DNA from: Opitutia bacterium
GTDB taxonomy: Bacteria > Verrucomicrobiota > Verrucomicrobiia > Opitutales > T3Sed10-336
NCBI GenBank assembly: GCA_050506795.1
Contig: JBJHCF010000024.1
Coordinates: forward strand, 16,358-80,357
Direction of reading: 5' to 3'
DNA: 64,000 bases
The notes beneath the pieces were generated by a model. That model saw nothing but the letters and a program-made list of their open reading frames with translations, was not told where the DNA came from and made no database searches. Positions 58,688 through 64,000 of the stretch are shown in pieces; position 1 is the first letter of the stretch, and each line of letters opens with the position of its first letter. Both the position numbers and the translations under genes were made by a program.

Positions 58688-61225
58688 CTACTGTTCCCAG
58701 ATTTCGAGTTCGGTTACGCCGCTGCGCGCGTTTCCCCGGTGGGTGAAGAGGACGCGAACCTTGTTGGTGCTCACCGGCGGAAAGGTCACCGTATTGGCCA
58801 TATTGCCGGTGGGCGACTCGGGATCTTTCACCTGACCGGGGACCTCGTGCCAATCCGTTCCGGTCCAGACCTCAACCGTGTAGCGCTCCGGAGCCTGAAC
58901 GCCTCCGCGATCATCGTAAATATGGAGAATGGCGCGGCCGACCGTTTTTTCTTCGGCAAACTCGATCTCGAGCCAGTCCTCGCTGTTCGGTGAACCATAC
59001 GAAGTCCAGCGGTGCACGGGATTGGCCTCAAACACGATCCGTCCGTCGATCGCACGGCGCGGGATTCCACCGAACCGGTCGGAAAAGGATGCGGTGGCGA
59101 TGGGATACCCCTCGCCATCGGCGTTGTAGGCCAGATTCCCTTCAGGCGGCGGAGCAGGTGTGTAGGGACGCTCACCCGGTCCCCATGCCTCGAATTCGGT
59201 AAGGCCGGATCCGGCGCCCTCCGCATGAATCACTTCCGCCCGCAGGCGGTCCGTGTTCAGTGTGGGAAAACGGATCGTAAACGGACGGCCTCCCGTCGGT
59301 CTCTCCGGATGGGTTTCATGGTCGGGCACATTCCGCCATTCTTCTCCGTTCCAGTAGGAGAGCTCGATACTCACGGGGGCACGGACATCGGAGCCCTCGC
59401 CGTCATCGAGCACGTAAAGCCTCACTTCTTCAATCGGCCGCTCGATGCCGAAATCAACCGACACCCAGTCGCGGGAATTGCCGGATCCCACTGTTGTCCA
59501 ACGGTTCGCGGGAGGCACGTCGTACCGGTACTGACCGTCGCTGAGCATTGCCAGGGAGGTGTTCGGGTTCACAAAGGACGCCTGATAGCGGGGGTAGTAG
59601 TTGCCGTCGTTATTGACCGCAAAATTCATCGGCGGGTTTTCATCAACCGGGATGATCCGGGCCGTGGGAAGGTCCACGGACAACTCACCCAATTCAGGAG
59701 CGGTGGCGGCTGGTTCGCCATTGACCAGAATATGAAGGCCGGGTCCAACGCCGTACCGATCGCCGGTGCGGTCCCAGAGGATGGACAGGGTGTGCCCGCG
59801 GTAGGGCAGGTTGTCGAGAGCGAAGTAGTCCCAGTCGTCCGGAACCAGCGGTTTGATGGTAAAGGTGTCGTCGTTCGCCGGCTGAACACCGGCCAGACCG
59901 GTAATCACCAGATCGGTGAATCCGGAGTGAAAGTAGTGCTCACTGCGGTTCCTCATATCGTGTCCGTCCCAGGAACCGGTAAACGGATGAACGGCTTCGG
60001 CGATGTAGGGTTTGCCGTCCTTGCGATGGGTAATCGCGAAGGTATGGAAGAGAGAAGCGAAATCATCGCGGTCGATATGGTCCTGCTCATAATTCTGCAG
60101 GAGGTTCGCCATCGCCTTCAGCGTCTGCGTGGTTGCGAAGGGCCAGGATTGGCCGCTCCACCAACAGCAGCCGGGTTGCAGCACGAACAGGGGATCGTTT
60201 TGCTCCACGGTGGTCGGTCCGAACGGCGCCCAAAAATACTCCTCGTCCATCAGGAACCGCCAGGCATCCTCGAAACCGGGACTCGGCATATTGAAGGCCC
60301 AGGGGACGTAGCCGTGCAACTCGCGTCCATGAGGGCTGCCCGCGAATCTCCCGGTCTCGTAGGTCAAAGTATGTCTCTCCACGACGTACCCGTCCCTCTC
60401 GTGCTCCTGATTGCTCATGGGGAAGAAGAACTGCCGTTCCGGATCCCACAGATGGGTTTCCACCTGTGTTTTGATCAGGTCGGCATTCTCCAGAAACCGA
60501 TTGGCGGTTTCCTGATCGTCGTTCAATCCCGCGATCTTCGCGATGGCGTGGGCGTCCGCCCACATATAGGCATTAAAGGTGGGCCGGAGCGATTGACCGC
60601 CGCGCAGAATGTCCCGGGTCTGTTGGGCATTGATGTCAAATTCCATTCCATCATCGTGACCCAGTTGCCAGAACATGCCTTTTTCTTCCACCCATTGACG
60701 CTCCTTCCACGCTTCGTAGTTCCCGATTAGATCGGGGAGCAGATCGACCATAAACGCTTCGTTGGGATGGACCTGGTGGGCTGCCCAGGCCGAATCGGCC
60801 ACCCAGAAGGAATAATTGCGGGGCTGCGCTCCGGGATGCCGCATCCAGAATCTCAGGTAATCACGGACATACCTCGGTTCGTGCAGCCAGCGGGCTTCGT
60901 AGATTTGATGTCCCGCCGGACAGGAGATCGTGCCGTAAGCGCCCGACCAGAATGGCCGGTTCGCGAATTCGGTGAAGGCGTACCCAAAGTTCGGATTTCC
61001 GTAAACAAAATGTCGGGTTACAAGTTCCCACCGGTAATAGTAGGTGGTGTTGATCTCGGCATCGGGAGAGTCGAAGAAGGGAATGTTTTCCTCGAACCAC
61101 TCAAAGTCCCGATTAGCCCAGAATGTTTGATCCTCAAGCAACGAGCGTTTGTCGAGCACTTGTGCAAAGGCGGTGATGGGAATGATGAGACTGAGAAGGA
61201 AGGGAGAGAAAGAACGAAGTGTCAT
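58688..61225 (-). CDS. Secreted (alpha/alpha)6 glycoside hydrolase (MGH1-like; GH142/GH121-like) with two F5/8 (CBM32-like) domains
   Basis: NIPFFDSPD..I...YYYRW, TISC.AGH.IYE.RW, DDGME, WSGQSWPFAT and HYFHS; two discoidin-like repeats (RWT..GS.N..DW). Confidence 0.8.
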   Translation of the reverse strand: MTLRSFSPFLLSLIIPITAFAQVLDKRSLLEDQTFWANRDFEWFEENIPFFDSPDAEINTTYYYRWELVTRHFVYGNPNFGYAFTEFANRPFWSGAYGTISCPAGHQIYEARWLHEPRYVRDYLRFWMRHPGAQPRNYSFWVADSAWAAHQVHPNEAFMVDLLPDLIGNYEAWKERQWVEEKGMFWQLGHDDGMEFDINAQQTRDILRGGQSLRPTFNAYMWADAHAIAKIAGLNDDQETANRFLENADLIKTQVETHLWDPERQFFFPMSNQEHERDGYVVERHTLTYETGRFAGSPHGRELHGYVPWAFNMPSPGFEDAWRFLMDEEYFWAPFGPTTVEQNDPLFVLQPGCCWWSGQSWPFATTQTLKAMANLLQNYEQDHIDRDDFASLFHTFAITHRKDGKPYIAEAVHPFTGSWDGHDMRNRSEHYFHSGFTDLVITGLAGVQPANDDTFTIKPLVPDDWDYFALDNLPYRGHTLSILWDRTGDRYGVGPGLHILVNGEPAATAPELGELSVDLPTARIIPVDENPPMNFAVNNDGNYYPRYQASFVNPNTSLAMLSDGQYRYDVPPANRWTTVGSGNSRDWVSVDFGIERPIEEVRLYVLDDGEGSDVRAPVSIELSYWNGEEWRNVPDHETHPERPTGGRPFTIRFPTLNTDRLRAEVIHAEGAGSGLTEFEAWGPGERPYTPAPPPEGNLAYNADGEGYPIATASFSDRFGGIPRRAIDGRIVFEANPVHRWTSYGSPNSEDWLEIEFAEEKTVGRAILHIYDDRGGVQAPERYTVEVWTGTDWHEVPGQVKDPESPTGNMANTVTFPPVSTNKVRVLFTHRGNARSGVTELEIWEQ

Positions 61226-61567
61226 ATATGTTGACTATTCGAACGACTTTGTTGGATGTCAATTGTGGCCGGTGGTCTTCACATAAGTATTAAGCTTTGT
61301 TGTTCATCAATGCTTGACTCAGATGGGAAAGGCGATATCGGTAATGGGTCGTGCCAATGTAACCTCCTCGGAAAGTTTGGTACCGAGCGGGGAGTAAATG
61401 TTGGCTTGCACTCGGTGGAACCTGACGGATCCGGCGAACGGCACAAAACAAAAAAATCCGGGACGGCAATCCGCCCAGTTTGAAAACAGGAATTGATTGC
61501 AATCCGAACTGAAGGGGCCCGCCCCGGAGGAAACGTCCCTCATACGAAATAGAACCGGGATTATACT

Positions 61568-63886
61568 ATGAGACTACCGAGCCTGACCCTTCTGGTTGCG
61601 ATCACCTGTTTTGCACTGAATGTCTTTTCCGTGACAGACAACAGGGTGGAATTTGCAACCGCTCCGCAAATCACCTCCGATTATGCTCCGCAGGAGGCGC
61701 CACAGGCCCGCCGGGGAAGCGGAGGATGGAATAACATGTATCGGGCGACGGTTGATCCGCAGTGGTTCGATGACGATTCGAAGTTCTGGTATAGGAATGC
61801 GCTTCCCGGCGGCGAAAGTGAGTTTATTCTTGTCGACGCCGAGGCGGGAAGTCGGGAGCGGGCCTTCGATCACACCCGCCTGGCCGAGGCGCTTTCGGAA
61901 GCTGCCGGCGAAACGTTTCAAGGCGAACGGTTGCCGTTCAGGGAAATCCGTTTCATCGAGGAGGGTGCGGCAATCCTTTTTGAGGTGAGTGGGCAAACCT
62001 GGCGATGTGACTTGTCCGATTACGGTTGCGCGCCATTCGAGCCGGAAGAGGAAACCGCGGCGTCAACCGATTCTGATAGGACGGAGCCGGCATCCGGTTC
62101 TCAGCGCCGGGGAGGCAGCGGACAGGATGGGTTGGTCTCGCCGGATGGCCGGTGGGCGGCGTTTGTCAGGAATCACAATGTTTATCTCCGGGATCATGAG
62201 AACGACAGCACGGTAGCATTGAGCGACGATGGAGCGGCGGGTAATGCTTACCGGAATCTCGCGTGGTCGCCGGACTCCTCCGCCCTGATCGCCTGGCGGA
62301 TGGAAGACGTGGAGCGCAAGCAGGTGCACCTGATCCGTTCCTCGCCGCCGGGGGGAGGGCGGGCTACCCTCGAAAGCCGGAATTATTTTCTTCCAGGCGA
62401 TGCGTTTCCCAAGTTTGAACCGAACGTTTTTCAGGTTGCGGATCAGACCGCAATCAAGCCCGAGGTCGACCGCTTTGAACACCAATGGCTTTCACCCAGG
62501 GTGCGGTGGAACAGTGACGGAAAGCGTTTCATGTACGAGCAGATCGATCGCGGCCACCAGAGGCTTCGGGTAATTGAGATCGATACCGGTAACGGAGACA
62601 CCCGCTACCTGGTGGACGAGCGGACCGAAACCTTCATCTGGACTCACCACACGGAAAACGTCGGGGTGGACCGCGTGACCTGGCTCGATTCGAGCGATGA
62701 GTTTATCTACGCCTCCGAGATGGACGGCTGGCGACACCTCTACCTGGTCGACATCGAAACGGGATCCATGACGCCCATTACCCGTGGCGAATGGGTGGTT
62801 CGCGGAATGGATCGGGTCGACGAGGAAAACCGCCAAATTTGGTTTACGGCGTCGGGGAAAAATCCCGGTCAGGATCCCTATTTCATTCATTATTACCGGG
62901 TTGATTTCGACGGGAGTGATTTGGTGGCACTGACCGAATCGAATGGGACCCACCGAATCTCCTTTTCGCCCGATCGTCGCTACCTGATCGCCACCCACAG
63001 CCGGGTGGACAATCCACCGGTCAATGAATTGCGCCGGACTGCCGACGGCAGTCTGATTGCCGTCCTGGAAGAGGCGGATATCAGCGAGCTGATCGAAAAC
63101 GGCTGGGAGGCGCCGGAGGTTTTTGTGGCCAAAGGGCGTGACGGCGAAACGGATATCTGGGGCTTTATCGCCCGTCCGCGTGATTACGACCCGGCAACGA
63201 AACACCCGGTGATCGAGGCTATCTATGCCGGTCCACAAAGTTCCTACACTCCCAAGTCTTTCTCTACCAGTCGCCGTTACGCGTCGCTGACGGATCTCGG
63301 ATTTGTGGTGGTCAAACTCGACGGCATGGGCACCGCCAATCGTTCGAAGGCGTTCCATGATGTGGCCTGGCACAATCTCAAGGACGCCGGATTCCCCGAC
63401 CGCATTTTGTGGATGCAAGCGGCGGCGGAGCAGGATCCGGGAATGGATCTCACACGAGTGGGGATCTACGGCAATTCGGCCGGCGGACAGAACGCGGCCG
63501 GCGCGCTGCTGTTTCATCCGGAGTTCTACAAAGTGGGTGTCGCCTCCTGCGGCTGTCACGACAACCGAATGGACAAGGCCTCCTGGAATGAACAGTGGAT
63601 GGGGTACCCGGTGGGCCCGCAATACAGTGAGTCATCGAACATCGACAACGCTCATCGCCTGCGCGGGCACCTTCTGTTGATCGTCGGCGAATTGGACACC
63701 AATGTTCCGCCGGAGTCGACCCTGCGTTTTGCCGATGGGCTGATCCGCGCCAATAAGGATTTTGATCTTTTGGTGATTCCCAATGGCGGCCACAGCATGG
63801 GTGGAACCTATGGAAACCGGCGTATGCAGGATTTCTTTGTTCGTCACCTGATGGACGAAGATCCGCCCAACCGGAATCTTGAGTAA
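61568..63886 (+). CDS. S9B dipeptidyl-peptidase IV-like serine peptidase
   Basis: DPP IV N-terminal propeller; GNSAGG nucleophile, DTNV and GH triad; signal peptide. Confidence 0.92.
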   Translation: MRLPSLTLLVAITCFALNVFSVTDNRVEFATAPQITSDYAPQEAPQARRGSGGWNNMYRATVDPQWFDDDSKFWYRNALPGGESEFILVDAEAGSRERAFDHTRLAEALSEAAGETFQGERLPFREIRFIEEGAAILFEVSGQTWRCDLSDYGCAPFEPEEETAASTDSDRTEPASGSQRRGGSGQDGLVSPDGRWAAFVRNHNVYLRDHENDSTVALSDDGAAGNAYRNLAWSPDSSALIAWRMEDVERKQVHLIRSSPPGGGRATLESRNYFLPGDAFPKFEPNVFQVADQTAIKPEVDRFEHQWLSPRVRWNSDGKRFMYEQIDRGHQRLRVIEIDTGNGDTRYLVDERTETFIWTHHTENVGVDRVTWLDSSDEFIYASEMDGWRHLYLVDIETGSMTPITRGEWVVRGMDRVDEENRQIWFTASGKNPGQDPYFIHYYRVDFDGSDLVALTESNGTHRISFSPDRRYLIATHSRVDNPPVNELRRTADGSLIAVLEEADISELIENGWEAPEVFVAKGRDGETDIWGFIARPRDYDPATKHPVIEAIYAGPQSSYTPKSFSTSRRYASLTDLGFVVVKLDGMGTANRSKAFHDVAWHNLKDAGFPDRILWMQAAAEQDPGMDLTRVGIYGNSAGGQNAAGALLFHPEFYKVGVASCGCHDNRMDKASWNEQWMGYPVGPQYSESSNIDNAHRLRGHLLLIVGELDTNVPPESTLRFADGLIRANKDFDLLVIPNGGHSMGGTYGNRRMQDFFVRHLMDEDPPNRNLE

Positions 63887-64000
63887 GCGGGCGTTTCTGT
63901 GGCGTGATTACGGCGGTTCCCGTAAAGGGGGCTCCGGCTAAAGCACGGAGCTACGGGGGAAGTCCGGAACCGTAGCGCCCTGCTTCAGCGGGCGTCTGTG
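63887..64000. repeat. REP/BIME-like repeat, inverted and permuted copy of the 55617-55721 unit, running off the window
   Basis: CCGGCTAAAGCACGGAGCTACG and CGTAGCGCCCTGCTTCAGCGGGCG plus the linker match the reverse complement of 55617-55721. Confidence 0.8.

Noticed and set aside
55597..64000. Possible CRISPR interpretation of the repeats
   Set aside because: No array of identical repeats with unique spacers and no cas genes.

Overview
GC-rich bacterial DNA, probably Verrucomicrobiota (Opitutales-like). This is inferred from the N-terminally extended Rne/Rng, the DUF6797 and lamin-tail/CotH proteins, and a Verrucomicrobia-style C-terminal domain. Bases 1-9512 are housekeeping genes: htpG, an NSS transporter, rne/rng, rodA, rny and trpS. 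Bases 9700-64000 are an accessory region rich in secreted enzymes: an operon (DUF5695, GH127/GH146 beta-L-arabinofuranosidase, second DUF5695, Svx/AvrXca-like HExxH metallopeptidase, metallophosphoesterase), a ~2850 aa lamin-tail/CotH surface protein, several phosphoesterases and peptidases, a complete 4-hydroxyproline catabolic cluster with an AraC regulator, and an (alpha/alpha)6 glycosidase coupled to a cytochrome c/DUF6797 protein. My main hypothesis is that these genes together dismantle arabinosylated hydroxyproline-rich glycoproteins (extensin or green-algal wall type). Non-coding observations: a 149-bp MITE with 20-bp TIRs and a TA duplication that rewrote a gene's C-terminus, REP-like units, a degenerate tRNA-Gly, a possible 6S-like RNA before rny, and a relic gene 3' end. 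All family assignments come from motif recognition by eye; no searches were run.
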